DNA of 64,000 nucleotides from contig CM022669.1 in NCBI GenBank assembly GCA_012295275.1, positions 3,844,001 through 3,908,000 of the forward strand, read 5' to 3'. The position numbers were made by a program, and so were the translations under genes. The notes under the pieces are model-generated. The model saw only the letters and a list, made by a program, of their open reading frames with translations, made no database searches and was not told the DNA's origin. Positions 45,160-60,497 of this stretch are shown one piece after another. This DNA is from Chrysomallon squamiferum (Eukaryota > Animalia > Mollusca). The stretch's first letter is position 1. The number at the start of each line of letters is the position of its first letter.

Positions 45160-46498
45160 TGTAATAATAATAATAACAAAAACAACAACAGCAACAACAG
45201 TAAAGCAACTGATGTTCGTAGAGATCGTATAATTATAAGAAATAACAATGAAATCTGACGTATGAAATGTTTGAAAGTAATAGATGGCAGTACAAAATGC
45301 AATAACAATGCTGTCATGGAATAGCTGAACTCTGTTACCTGGCAACCGGGAAAGAAGGGAACCTCAGACATATATTTGTTATTGTGGTATTTAAAGAAGG
45401 CGCCAAGATAATCCAGATAACCGTTTCTTTGTTAAAACTTTCTCAAAGCCTCCGAAATTTCCTCTGCACTGGAAAGAATGTAGTATTGTTTTCAAAAAGT
45501 TAAAAAAAGAAAATTTGAAGAGAAAAAATAATATATATATAATATATATATAAAAATATATATTAATAATATAATAATAATAATAATAATAATAAAGAAG
45601 AAAATCGTTCCTATTTGTTACCTATTGAACACATATAACGATTTTTTAGATTATTAAAATTTAATAAATGTATTAGGTTTATCTGTCCATCCATTGGTGT
45701 TTATTCAGTGCATGTATGTATGCAGGTAGATAGGTAGGTAGGCATGCACCTATGTTTGTTTGAATGTTTGTAGCTATGTATGCATTCTAGGCATTTATTT
45801 ACATAATTATTTTAATTTCCACACATGTGTTTGTTATTTTAGCCTTTTACGTTCTGAACAATAACGCACACTTAATACAGCTTGAGAAGCTCGTCCAAAG
45901 TGCGCTTAAGGTTACAGCGGTGAAATTGCGTTTTGATCAAATCGCTTCTTACCAAAGACGACGCGAGCCAAACGAATTTAGCTGAAGGCGATCTCGCACT
46001 CTTCATCTTCTTATTTTCATTGTACTTGTATCAAGATCGCTTTGAACTCAGAAACCACTGAACTTTGCAGTGATTCGAAAAAAATTAAACCTTTTTTTTT
46101 TTTTTTACACAGAATCATGATTTTATTATTTTTACTGAAATCGGGTTATCTGACTTTTCCCTTTTACTGTCAGCTGCATCCCAGTCGTAAAATTAAATGT
46201 GAAATGTGTAATATAGTTTTGTTCGTGAATGTATAAGTCGATACCTGGATATAAACTGACAGAGAGACTTACGTACAGTTTATATATAAATACTTGTAAA
46301 GAAAGACAAAGGCATGCATCCAAACATAAATACACAACTTGTATGTAAGCTCTCACGTATGTACCAAAACACATGCATACACATATATATATATATATAT
46401 ATATACTTACAAACATACAATCATAAAAGATGTTTTCATTCATGCATACATACAAGCATACACAAAATATATAATTATATACATATATACTTACAACT

Positions 46499-46546
<48 letters not shown>

Positions 46547-47518
46547 CACACACATATACATATAAATATACATGTACTCATTCATACATAATATAAACAG
46601 AAGAAACTAAATCTGAATTGTTCAAAAATAAGTTTTCCTGAAAGAAAATAAAAATTTAAAAATGTCTTTAAATGAAGCTAGCAGCAATCATATTTGTTTT
46701 TGTTTTATTGTTGTTGTTTTTTTAGATGTTCTTTTTATTTGTTTGTTTTGTTGTTCTTCTTCTTTTGTTTTATTAAGTAATATTTGTTGTTGTTTTGTTT
46801 TTTTTTATAAAGGAAAATACTAGCGATGTAAGACGCTTTCCTCTTTCTTGCTAACATTTTGATAATCCGTGTTCAAACATTTTCACAGCACTCAAACGAT
46901 TTATCACAAAGTTACGAACTGACGGCTAGCTCTCTGCACACAGCTCTGCTTATCGCTGTCACAGGGAAAGCTATAATCGCCACAGTTTCGCCAGGAACTA
47001 TTCAATACCGGAGAACGATCCTTTAATCAAAGAAAAGCGACAAGTTGTGTATGGAAAACACCAAATGAGCGTTTGCTAATTCTTTTTTGCACGTCTGGCC
47101 ACAAAACGCATAAGTGACTCTAATCATAAAATCAATTGAAGATTTAGTTTGGGTCCCGAGATGACAGGTTTGACTGATGTTGCGATTACTGCTGGTAATT
47201 GTATGTGTGTCTAGTATGCGTTGTTAGTTCCGCTAGAAGTTCACTTTATAATTGCCAACACGACATTTGGATTCCAAAGAAATCTGCGACCTGTGTGCCC
47301 ATTACATATTTTTTTTTTTTTCACTTTTTTTCTTTCTCTCTATTTTTATCTTGTATTTTTTTTTTTTTTTTTTAGTTCGCTCTTTCACTCTTTCTGCCTG
47401 ACTGTCTGTCTGTCTTTCTGTCTTTCTCTCTCTCAGTCTCTTTCTCTTTCTGCCTGTCTGTCAGAAATAATTATATTTTTCTTTCAAACAAAAACTTGTT
47501 TTATTTCGAGTTTATTTA

Positions 47519-48311
47519 CCGTATATACTTGTGTACAAGGCGACCTTATGTATAAGTCGATGTGTATTTTAAGACCAAAAATTGCGTCATTTTAGGTGTT
47601 ACTTGTGCATAAGTCGAATGTAGATTCCAGGCACCGTCACTATTTTTAGACCAGTGTGACAGTGCCACGAAGGCCTACGTTGTACGCCTACTGTAACATA
47701 ACTTGCACGAGCTGTAACTTGCACGAACATACCATAATAACGTAAATGCATGTATTACACGAGCTATAGCCTAAATGTATCATACATAGTATCTCTTTAA
47801 TGTAATAGGTCTAACATGGAGACCTAACTTACCGTTATATTTAGTCGATTTGTCGGTAGTGGATATTAATGACGAATGCAATATTATTTCACCAAATTCT
47901 TTACAATTACACAAGTGAGTTTTGTTTATGAAATTAGGACCGATATTTAGTGCAATTTGGCAGAGAAGTCTGCATTCCTAGATCATTGCAAGACGCCGTA
48001 AGGCATAACGCCGTACTGACGGTTTTCTCGCTTTAAAATGTATTTTTATGTCATTAAACGGAAGAATATCATGTTTTACATTCATATTTGGTTTTGTTAT
48101 TTAATTTTTCAAAATTTGTTATACGATAAAATTATATTTTTGAAAAGCTGAAAGACCGCGATTATTTTAGATGCATCCCGTAGCAAAAAATAGTCAAAAT
48201 GGCGACTCTTCAGCAACAGCTACAAAAGCATTACCTATGTATAAGTCGACCCCCAAAATATTACCTTAATATAGTCTCCCAAAAATTCGACTTATACACA
48301 AGTATATACGG
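47519..48311. mobile_element. Non-autonomous Tc1/mariner-superfamily element (Tc2/pogo-like CCGTA termini), 793 bp
   Basis: TA|CCGTATATACTTGTGTACAAGGCGA ... TCGACTTATACACAAGTATATACGG|TA: 25-bp TIR with 2 mismatches, TA TSD, subterminal tgtataagtcga repeats; no transposase ORF. Confidence 0.92.
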
Positions 48312-51300
48312 TATTTATTACTTTTTTTTTCGTTTTGTACTTAAAATCGAAACAATCGATACTTTTAACATTAATTTACAATTTAATTACTACACCATAT
48401 TTTAATTTTATATAAACGCCACATCTTCAAACTTCGTACTACGTTCGGCTGTAAAACTTTACAGTAACTACTTCTAAAAAAAAAACCGGATGATTATCAT
48501 AAAAATGTGTGTTTATCCATTTTGTGCAAGCAAGTTCAGCTTCTTCATGACAAATGAATATCAACGCACAGTTCTTGAAAACTTTAATACCTAGTGAAAT
48601 TTTGCTTCTTAGTAAAAATGACAGTTATTGTTGAGCCACGAATAATCTTCAAACTTGGCCGAGTGGCAGTCCTCCTATACGGATGTACGCACAATGAATG
48701 TATTCAGTGTCATGTATCTGTCTTTCACATTTATTTACATTGACTTACTCTGAATGATAATACACCTCAGTCTGAATGCTCAGCCCTTCCACGAAAACAT
48801 CTGAACCGAATTAACGACATTCTACAGATTAGACAAAACTTGTTCTAAATGTGATAGTCACTTTGTGACTCGATCCTAAACTTGCTCTGGCACCCCTGAA
48901 AGAGAATGACTTTTATAGGAAACTTTTATTTGTCTGTGATAAATTTTCCTTTTAGCTGAGATTATTACTTTTATGCCTGTCTCATTCATGCTGTGTTTAA
49001 CTTAACGTTTTAAATACTTTTTTTTAAAACATATTTGCTCTGATTTACTCAGAATAGTCTAAGTGATTATTTTTTATGTGTATATACTAGCAGTTAAACA
49101 TTTATTTATTCATTGACATTATAAAAATTTAAAAAAATAAATGACATTAATGTAAATGGCGATAAATAAAAATTAATAACTATAAATGTTAGTAATTATA
49201 ATTATAATGAAGATGATATGTTTGGAATGTTATTACTAAATTAAAAACATATGGCGGTAACGATAGTGATGATGATGATTATGATGATGATGATGATGAT
49301 GATAATAATGACAACAACAACAGCCAAAAAAACAACATAACAATAACAACAAGAAAATATATTACGGTATATGTAACCACCACAGTTGTTCTGTAAATTC
49401 TGTTTAATATTTTTGCGTGCCACCAAACACTTTGTGTAAAAACCTATTTTCTGGAATTAATGTGGATCTTGGAAATGAAAGGCATCAATCTGATCCGTCT
49501 ATGATTTAATTACGAAGAAAATAAAAAAATTTAATTAACGTCTTGCTGGAAATACCTTACAGACAAACCCGTGAACTGTCACGATTTTTGTTGTGAATCT
49601 GGTCTTTAGAAGGACAAATGTGCCTGTTTGTTAACTGTGTTATTGGATTAGATGTTTTTAAATACGATACTAATATCTGAGTGTTCTTCAGGACCTTGGT
49701 GATAGTCGAAAAGAATTTTTGATTTTCCTTTAAATATATTCACGTTAAGATGTGATATTGTTATTCTGTACTGCTTGTTTTTATAGTAGCCATCATTATT
49801 ATTCTTGGTAGTAGTAGTAGTAATAGCAGTAGTGGCCGTAATAGTATTAGTAATAATAACAGTAGTAGTAGTAGTAGTAATAGTAATAGTAATGTAATAA
49901 TAGTAGTAGTAATAATAGTAGTTGTAGTAGTAGCAGTAGTAGTAGTAGTACAAGTAGTAATTATAATAGCAGTATTGCAGCAAAGTGGTTGTATTTTCCT
50001 AATAGTAGACGTAATAAAAGTACAGCTAGTAGTATCAGTTTTTTAATGTGATAATACTCGAAGTTGAAGAGTACTTAGAAGAATTAGTGTTTTTTGTTTG
50101 TTTGTTGTTGTTTTTTTCTTTAAAAATGACACAAGCTTTACTGGAAATCTCAGCAGGACAAAAAAAAAAAAAAAAAATACATGGGGAAAAAGAAAATTAA
50201 AATTTATTTTTGATTGAGATTCACTATTTGCAGTTTTAATCTGATCCCATTCTAAATGGATAAATAAACTATTCTGAAATTTGTGTGTTAAAAACGATTC
50301 ATTTCAAATTAAGCATTTTTTTTTTTTTTTTTTTTTTTCTCTCCACTGACGAAATCCCGCTTTCAGCAAACAATCTCAGCGAATCTGTCAGTTAAATTCG
50401 CCGGTGCAATTAAAATATTGCGCGGGGAAGTAGCGTTTAGAAGGTCGGTGGAAGAGGGCTACAAATCCCGGATCTTTTCAATCGACACTTGGACATGTGG
50501 GTTTGATGTTGAGTAAACGTTTTGTTCGATAGTTCCAAAGCTTTTTTTCCGAACGACATGTCACCGTTTCGTCGATAATCACAAGTTAGAGGGGGAAGAT
50601 GAACTTGGTAATTCTTTCAAACGATTTCTTTCGAAAAAGAGTTATCGATTCCCATCGCAGAGTGCAGCTGGTTTGCGCCTGCCCAGAAAAAAGAAAAACA
50701 GGACTGGTTTTCAGACGTTTGCTAACGCGGTCGATACTTTTAATGCAAGTTCAAATTATGTTCAATTAACCCGTTGAAAGAATTCGGTGCCCACTCCTAA
50801 ACTAAAACTCAAAGAAAAATACTGTTGCTTCCAACTAATTGTAAAATGTAGTTTCCTCAATAGTTATATTTTCATGAACAAACAAAAAAAATAAAAATAA
50901 AAATAAAAGTTCCATCCCAATTTTGCAAATGGGCTATTCAGTGACTATACTGCTTCCTGAAAACAAAACGTAATTTTCTCAAATCTGACTAATTTTCGTC
51001 TGGAATTTTTTCAAGATAATGATCCTGCTCGCCGTTTGTTGTTTTGGCCATCAGCTTTTAGATGATGATGTAAAGAAGAAAACATGCTGAAAAACAGCTA
51101 TTGAGAAACTGTAATTGTGAGCTTAATTTGGCGTTGATTTCAACGTAATTTCCTCAATTTTAGGCTCTGTGTTGATAGTTCTAAAGTCAGACAGTTCAAT
51201 TTCGACGTCAGATGATCTAATGTTTCATTTCGACATTAAAACTTTTATTTGGCTTTAAACACAGGAACTACAAAATACTGTTCAAAGAAAACAACTTTAT

Positions 51301-53261
51301 TTCCTGATTTACCGCTAATAACATTCTGGGTGCAGGACAATTAGTTTCTGCTCAGTGCGTCTGAGTCGGTTTAAGGTAAGTAGAAATGTATCACTAAGAA
51401 AAGCTGAGAACAGCAAACAACCCAAAAGAACCAGGTGTTTTGTTTTGTAAACTAACACTAAGAGAGGAATTTGCCAAATCTCTCTCGAGGTAAATTTTTC
51501 CTTGTACACGTTTATGTTTTTAAGAATCCGGCAGAAAACGTTGATCTGTTAATAGATCAGCAGGGAGAATTCATTGCTGTTGGGCTTTGTTTTTCTGGGG
51601 TTTTTTTTTTGTTTTACATCATACGTGTGAAGGAAGGAGATCACAGGTAATTAAGGTTTTAATAAATAAACACAATGTGCACAACTGACGTTAAACGTTG
51701 AAAGTGCTGAGAGAAAGGACTGCACCGTTCATAGATTGATTGCTGTAGAACTGTAATCTTATATTTAAAGCTCTGAAACTGGGTAACATTATTGGTTGGA
51801 ACTAAAAGAAACAGTGATAAGCAAATGTATTTTAAAAGATGATGAATGCTGCTGTTTCCAGTGAATATTAATCTATGCTCACTGAATGTATTAAACAGAC
51901 AGTTTACAAAAATGTAAATACAGATATAAACTTTTTAAGTTTATGTCTAACTTTTTTTGCAATGTCTGTATCACTGAGGTCAGTACCTAAATGAGTAAAC
52001 AAGTTAGAAAAACTATGATTTTGGTAAAAAAAAATGAAGCGAGTTTCTCTGAAAATAAATAAATTAATAAATAAATTTTATCAGTAATAAAAACCAAAAC
52101 AGCAGCAGTTGTAGTTGTGGTAAAAAAAATAAAAAAAATAGTAGCCTACAGCAGAAAACTAGAAGTTGTAAAGGTTGGGGTTCTAGTACCAGCAGCAGCA
52201 ACAGAAGTAATAGTAGTAGCAATAGCAGCAGTAGCAGCAACAGCAGAAATAGTAGTAGAAATAGTTATTGTTGTTGTTGTAACTGTTGTTTTAGCAGCAG
52301 CAATAGCAAGAAAAGAAAAAAGAAAAAAAAAAGATAAAAAAAGAAGAGGAAGTACGGGGATGATGCTCATGAATTTCAGATTATTCTGAGCAGTTATTCT
52401 AAACAAATAAGAGATTTTATATCCAGTGCTTTAGCAGTCCAGTCAGAACGGCGGTGTGTGTGGAAAAGAGAGGAACAATAACGCGAAGTCGTAAGTCAAG
52501 ACAAAATGCCTGTCTGTCATCTGGTATTAATTTTCTTCAATAACGCCGGGATGTAGGAAGCTGGCCTTTACTCTCGACTCTCATCTATTTGTATTAAACT
52601 AGCAACGAACAACGCAAAACATGTGTTTTTATCCAGGAAACGGGAAGAGATGTCGGAGAGATGTCTTCCCGACAATTAAAAGTTTATCTCTGTTTTATGA
52701 ACCTCTTGCGACGTGACTTCGCCGACATCATCCCGGCTCTGCGGCGAGTTCTTCACGTCCCCGTTCAGTGGGCGGACCGCGAAATCCAACAGTCCACTTT
52801 AAACGAAGATTAATATTTACCAAGCAACCACTGGTGTTGTTTTTTCATATCTCCTGAAAATGGGTTTATTTTTTCAATTCTCGCTTCAAAGAGTAACATT
52901 CAAATGCTGATGGCCAAAGCAATTAAATAGATAAAGCTACTGAATATCATATTTGGCTTTTTTTTTTTTTTTTTTTTTTTAGAGTAATGTTTTTCAATGC
53001 ATATCACATTAATGATGGCGTTCAGATCAGTTTGAGTGAAGCTGAGTAATTAAACGTTGTATCTAAAGTTTAATCAACACCTTTGCATTTTAACACGCAG
53101 CGTTTTTGATTATCTTTAGCTAACATGGCTTATGTTCGTTTTAAGCTGAGATAACTGTGATGGTTTAGAAAAAGTAAACTTATATCGTTTGCTTATTGTG
53201 AAAAGAAGTGATGTCTAATTCAGTTAATTATATTCATGCATGCATGCTAGCATATATATCA

Positions 53262-53487
<226 letters not shown>

Positions 53488-53968
53488 TGTTAATGAAATA
53501 ATATCTTAAATAATTCTACATGCAGCATCGCACAATAACAAAGGCACACCTGTCAAAATAAGTGCTTCATACCACAATTATCCATAATGTTAATATTTTG
53601 AAGTGTCAGTATTGCACAGCTTGGTGGAACACGGTTTAGCCGCTAGCTTCAACTCAGAAGCTTGTCTGAGCACATAACGTACAGTATTTACAGAAAGAAA
53701 ATCATGGCTGAATGCATACACGTATTAAGACACACAGGAATACGACTGTGTGAAATGTAATATTGTATTAGCTGTTACAACTCTGGCACAATGTTATCGC
53801 TGGCGTTACTTTGTTTCGTTTAACATTCGTTAATAAAATTACTATTTTTATACGGAAAATTCAGTGTGTTTACATAACTGATTATTTTGTATATGTTATA
53901 TAAATATTTATGTACTTATTGATGATTTTCAACATTTGTGTGTATGTGTTTTTCTATAATTATCTCTC

Positions 53969-54022
<54 letters not shown>

Positions 54023-54816
54023 TATGATACATAATATATGCATATGCACATGCACACGCAAACTTATACATGGCATTCGTGGACACAACTAAGTTCACAT
54101 ACATACAAAATACATACATACATACATACACACACATGCACACATACATACACACACATACATAAAGACATACCCATATCATATTAAAAACATTCCTTAC
54201 ACGTGAAAACAGGAGAGGACGAATAAATTAAAATCGTTCCAATTAGACGCAGGTTCTGAACATGTTCTTACACCCCACACCTGCTATCACCCGTATCTGA
54301 CTCGCCGTGAAACGGGATAAAAGGAAACCGATAGCGCGCTCACTCACTGTAAGCACTTGTATCAATCGCTACTAAATCTTTGTCTGGAGGCATTAACAGG
54401 CATATCTCTCTTATCCAGACCAGCACCTCGGCACAGCAACGCACGTGGCAGGCAGCGCGGATTTTCCAACAGAACCGGCACGCGACTCACGCGCGGGCCC
54501 AATTATTTACGAATCATGTGAGCCAAATATTTATACAGACGGGCTGAATATTTACGACAATCACACCAACACTTTGTAATTAAATATTTCTGGCGCGCCG
54601 CCGAGTTAAAGCAGAAAATGGAATAGGAAATGGAGTTAGGATAGTTGCGGTATTTAGACTGGAATTTTACAACGTGAAAACAAACCCAGCCGCTGACAGC
54701 TCTGTTAGGATAAATGAATTATCGTAAATTTCACCCCGGGGAGTAACATCTCGTAATAGGAAATGCCAGTTGTTCTCTCCGATCAGTGTGGGTTGTGTCT
54801 GTGTTGTACATGCGTG

Positions 54817-54849
<33 letters not shown>

Positions 54850-54972
54850 ATGCATGTCTGTGTCTTTGTTTGTGTCTTTCTGTGCATATGGTATGTTTGG
54901 ATTCGTTTGGTATCTGTTTGCTGGTTGTTTTGTGTATATTAATGCATGTGTTAAAAGGGTAATTAAAAATAT

Positions 54973-55012
<40 letters not shown>

Positions 55013-56219
55013 TTTTACATTCTGTGAATGGATTCAGTAACTAAACCCCAGTCTGAAAATATGAGTCATTTTAGTAATTCTTTAAATTCTGTAGTCATTG
55101 TTTGCCTGATCTTAAATCTTAAGACATAGACATATTGCAAACAGATGCGTAGAAAACAAGACGTTTTTCGTATGTGTTTAAAACGTGTTTCGTCAAAACG
55201 CATTAAAAAAAAAAAAATCAAAGCATAATACACCGTTTTTAAATCAAATAAAAGTATTGTTTGTAGTTTTGCTTTATAACATACAGCTTTAGGGCTATTA
55301 CGAAGATATCATTTAAGAAATTCGCTAAATATAGATTTTGAAAATTTCCTGTCAAAATTTCGATTCTACGGCTTGGCAGATATAGTAGAAACATTTGCCA
55401 TAAAGTTACTGCGAACAGGTCTGAATGATGTAATTGCCAAATAAAAATAATATATATATATACGTAATACAACATAAAAATGTTCTAAACTGTTTTGCCT
55501 AAATGTGACATGAACATTTTATTTGAAAATACTCCTTATTACCTTCTGTGAGGTAGAGCAACAACAATGATCACAGCTTTATAAAATATTCTGCCATAAA
55601 AATACCAGAGGATTATTTTCACGACTTGGCATTTCAAACCTACGTTAAAACAATAAAATAAATACTGAAAAATACCTCCTAATATTTCTGACATTTTCTT
55701 TAATATAACAGCAACAACATTAATAACAATATTAATAATGATTAAACTTCTGTAACAGAATATAATCATCATTATTATTTATTAACATTTCTAAATTAGT
55801 TTACAAATACTACAATAATGGTAACGACAGAAACAACAACAGTTTAAATTTATTAATTCTTATAATGAGAACAGTCAGACTGTGTGTTATGTAGAAAATC
55901 TGATGATTTATCAGAATGATACGATTAGTTGTATCAATAACACCACTTTTCATTAGCAGAGTGTTCGCGTTACATGATTAGCGACATTATATATTTACAC
56001 AATGAGGTGAGAATCTGGGTCTGTCGCTAATTTGCCAGCAGTCAAGTATTAAGTAATTGAGCAAAGTGGTGCGAACTGCCAGTCACTGCGGCGGTACAGC
56101 GTAACGAAACCGTCAACACGGTAACAAAGTAATTATCACTGGCGTGTAAATATTAACTCGTGTCATAGGATACGTATTGGACGATGTTCAGGAAACTGTG
56201 TACGTTTGTGTGACTGAGA

Positions 56220-56248
56220 ATGTATATATGTATGTGTGAATGTATGTA

Positions 56249-56311
<63 letters not shown>

Positions 56312-56363
56312 GTGTAGGTGTAGGTGTAGGTGTGTGTATGTATGTATGTATGTATGTATTTAT

Positions 56364-56397
<34 letters not shown>

Positions 56398-56585
56398 TGG
56401 ATGGATATATGTATGTACGAACGTATGTATGCATGTATATATATATATATATATATATATGAATATATGTATATGTATGTGTTTGAACGTATAAGAATAC
56501 ACGTATTATATATGTGTTTGTTTGTATATATTTGTACATGTGAGTATATATGTGTATGTGAGTGTGTCTGTGTGTCTCTGTGTGT
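56220..56585. repeat. Compound (TG)/(TGTATG)/(TATG)/(TA)n microsatellite
   Basis: Visible directly. Confidence 0.9.
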
Positions 56586-58265
56586 GTTATTATTACTATT
56601 GCTATTACTACAACACCCACCGCTACTGCTAAAAATAGTATTAGTAGCAGCAGCAGCAGCAGTAGCAACAACCGCAACAGCATTAACAGCAGCAGCAGCA
56701 GAAGAAGAAGAAACAAGATTTGTTATTGCAGTATCAGTACAGCCAGAGAGAAAGTTTAATTTAAACATTGATTCGTGATGTGCCGAGGTCGTGTTTGTTT
56801 CACACAAAGATGGGGTAATTAGAATAATTTAACAATCGATTGAGATACCGATACTGCTCGTTGAAGGAATGTTCCGTTACTTTTGTTTCTCGTCAAACAT
56901 TGATCTAGTCCTATTTGTCTGTCTGAATCCCACATAATCAATCTCTTGTCGTATATATAGATATATGTATATGTGTGTGTAGACAGAGATATAGATATAG
57001 ATATAGTATATATACTCATAGAATAAAACACATTTACTTCTTCTTTTCTTTCTTATTTGTTTCTTTTTCTTTTATCTTTTATTTTCTAAAAACAACAACA
57101 ACACAAAAAAGAACACTGATTTATCTCCAGGCCTATTTAGAAATTCAGTAATCAGAAGATGCACGGAGGCGGCTCATGTATCTGGCAACTCTAGAAAGAA
57201 TTTACATAAATCTCAAAACCGAACCCAGTACAACAGCATCAACAATTAAACAGAACCTAACTACTTCATTTGAAAAGAGTTCGTGATCATGCATTTATTT
57301 CGAGGACATAGCTAGTGAAAATTGTGCAGTGTTCGTTAGATATGACTGTTGTAACATTCTGTAATTTCCTATAGTTGTAAGTAATCTTAATTCCTTATTT
57401 ATTAAAAACAGAAACATACATACATACATTCATTCATTCATTCAAACATACATACATACATACACATACATACATACATACAGACATACACACACATAAA
57501 TACATACATACATACATACACATACACACACACATCCAAAATAATAAAAGACAAATATTCTGATTACATCCAAGAATTATGTATATTGGGTTCTCAATGG
57601 AAGAAAAGTTTTGTCATACAATATTGCACAATAAGGTGATTTTAACATTACGATCATTTCGCTGAATAACCTCGCGTTAAGACCCGTCAGCTAATAATCT
57701 TCTGTTACACAATACTGGCGACAGCTAGTAATCTGGTTTGCTGTACAAACGACACACACACACACACACACACAGTGCTGTAGACTCAGTTTATTCTTGC
57801 ATATTCGGGGACACGTGGTGCAAGAATGAAATACATTTTTCTTTTAAGGAGAGCTGCCTTCCTTTCATAAGACTGACCGACAGCTGGATATATATTTACT
57901 GAATCTGCCAAGAATATCGGGCTTGTGGCGAGAAAGCCGCTTATATTGACCTAGCTCGGTTTTATTCAAACTTCGTTTTATTGTGATTCTTTCTAATTAG
58001 ATCAACAGCAAATAACAAACAAACTGGCATCTGTAACCGACCCGATGTTTCTTTCTTTTCACGTTAGAAATAAAATGTTGATATTTTATATATATATATG
58101 ACCGTAAATAATTCTGTTTTCCTGAACCGTTCATTTCGATTCATATCTATTAGCATTTTTACCATCAACAAAGTTGAGCCAATGTAAACAAAAATTAGAT
58201 AGCTTGTTTGTTAGATGTTTTTTTCTCTCTCTCTTTTTCTTTTAAACAAATAAATAAATCGTTAA

Positions 58266-59063
58266 CCACTTGAGTTCTGCATGTCGGTGATGACGTTGTG
58301 TACCTCTCTGTCGGCGGATTCAACGGTTGAGTGATGATAGCGATCGGTTTGTTTTCGCTGATCAGTGAATCTCAATTTGCTTTCAAAGCTGATAGTTTGG
58401 TTGATGACCTTCGGAGGAGGAGGGACAGATGATCTTATGACGTCACTTCCGTGGTCACAGAGTGATCACTGCTCCGGGTAGCTAGTCACTATGGTGAGAG
58501 TGTGAAATCATCCTAAACCCTGCGTAGCCGTATTCTGCTGAAACGATCAGTGCCATCAGTATTACTGTTATTACATAATGAAACCTGACAAAACATGCTG
58601 AGATCATTCAGAAGTATATTTTTCATAGTTTATGAATCGAATTAATTGTACTGGATTTGACTGAAATAATAATATAGTCAGTACTTAGATCTTATTCAAA
58701 TAATTATACAGTTGATTATACCAAAAGTCAACTAAAAAAAATTCTGACATGTCCTCAGAAAAAGGAGAAATATGGAAACCACAGCCCTTTATAGTTCGAA
58801 AATAGCATCATACGTAAAACCAGATGCAATACAAATAATTTGATTCATAAACTACGATAAAGGTGCTTTTGAATAATCTCAATAATGTCGTAACTGTTGT
58901 TTTGTCAGGTTTCATTATTTAATAACGCGCGTTCTGAATGTGCTAAAAGTTTCAGTAGACTGCGGTTACGCAGGGTACAGCACAACTTCACTCTGCTAGT
59001 ACAGCTGAGTGAACACCCGTCTCAGTGACTCCTCGCTAACTGACCGAGCCGGGCTCCAAGTGG
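58266..59063. mobile_element. Non-autonomous piggyBac-like element, 798 bp
   Basis: TTAA|CCACTTG ... CAAGTGG|TTAA, plus internal inverted repeats (58518-58595 vs 58898-58975). Confidence 0.75.
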
Positions 59064-60497
59064 TTAATGTTTAGCTTACATAATCTTCTCGGATAAAACA
59101 TTTTTCTTTCAACTTAATTGTACATGTGTTGGTGTACTAATTCCATCTTCAAATCTCTTGATTCGTTTTGAAGTAGAAATCTGATACACCTAGAGGTACT
59201 TAAAAAAGTCCTGTTTTGTAGATAAAAAAATAAAATAAAAAACAGTAAAGGATTTGAGTGAGAAAAAAAAAAGAAGAAAAATGAACCGTAAACTGGAAGC
59301 CGGTTCTTGGCACCATCTCAGGCTGTGTTTTTCTTAATGGATTTGACAGCATCTCCTTCTTCATATTTCTGCTCGTCAGGCGCCTTTCTTTTTCCTTTCT
59401 GTACTTTCAGGTAAATACGTGTATCGGGCAAGCGCGGTAAAATTTCTAAAACTACCACGTTCGTGCATATTGTGTGCAGCTAAAAATACACACCATCAGC
59501 TGTCGCATTCTGTTGTTCATTCTTCAAGAGAAGAACAACACACGGTGTACGTCGTACAGGAAGGATGAAGACTTCGTTTGTGATGAAACGAAAACACTGA
59601 ATTGTTTTAATTACCACTCTTACAGCGAACAGCGAAATGGAGGTCGAACTTCGGTGATTAGATTATTGCGTGAAAAAACGAACACAGGAGAGAAAAAAGT
59701 TTGATAATTTTTAATAACAATTTCTTTTTTCATTTATTTTTTTCATTATTTACATTATTTGCTTTGTTATAATTATTAGTAATTTTTTTTTCTTATTCTC
59801 AATATTTTGTTCTGTTTTGAAGTTAATCAGAAAAGAAAAGAAAAAACACAACTTTAAAAGCGTGCTTGCTGTTTTAATCTGTTGTGATTTACTTCACAAA
59901 CCTGGGAGTTTCGGAGATTAATACGCTATTAGCAAAGCCAAGGCGTGACACGCTACAACACGTTTCTCAAAGTTTTTCTTTGGCAAACATTTTTATCAGT
60001 GGATTACGTTTTATTCTGAAAAAACCCACCTAATCGTTTCTTGGAAACAAAGCAGACGAAAGCTAGCTGGATTTTATATTTAGTTTTTCTTTTATTAAGT
60101 CAGAGTTCCTGTTTATTCATGCATTCATAGATTAATTCGCGATCATTCTTATTTTGGTCATGCGCCACGCCAAATTTGTTTCCACACTTGTGAGTTTTTC
60201 TAATATGCAAACACTACGCAATATTGAAGGAAAAACAACGTAATCAAAAAGGAACCGTAAAGGGAAGGAGCCTTTGAGAATTCATGACCTTGGATACTGG
60301 AAGTGATTCTTGTTATTTTCATTGTTGTCTTTAATGTCTGCAAGGAAATAGCCGTGAGATTTATGAAGTTTCAGTGGAACACAGCGGAAAGAAGACTGCG
60401 ATTCTTTTGTACACTTCTGAAACATTCAGCTGTCGGACATCTTTAAAATACGCCGAAACGTCAGAACTACTGTTGACGTCAAAAAAATTGATTCGTT

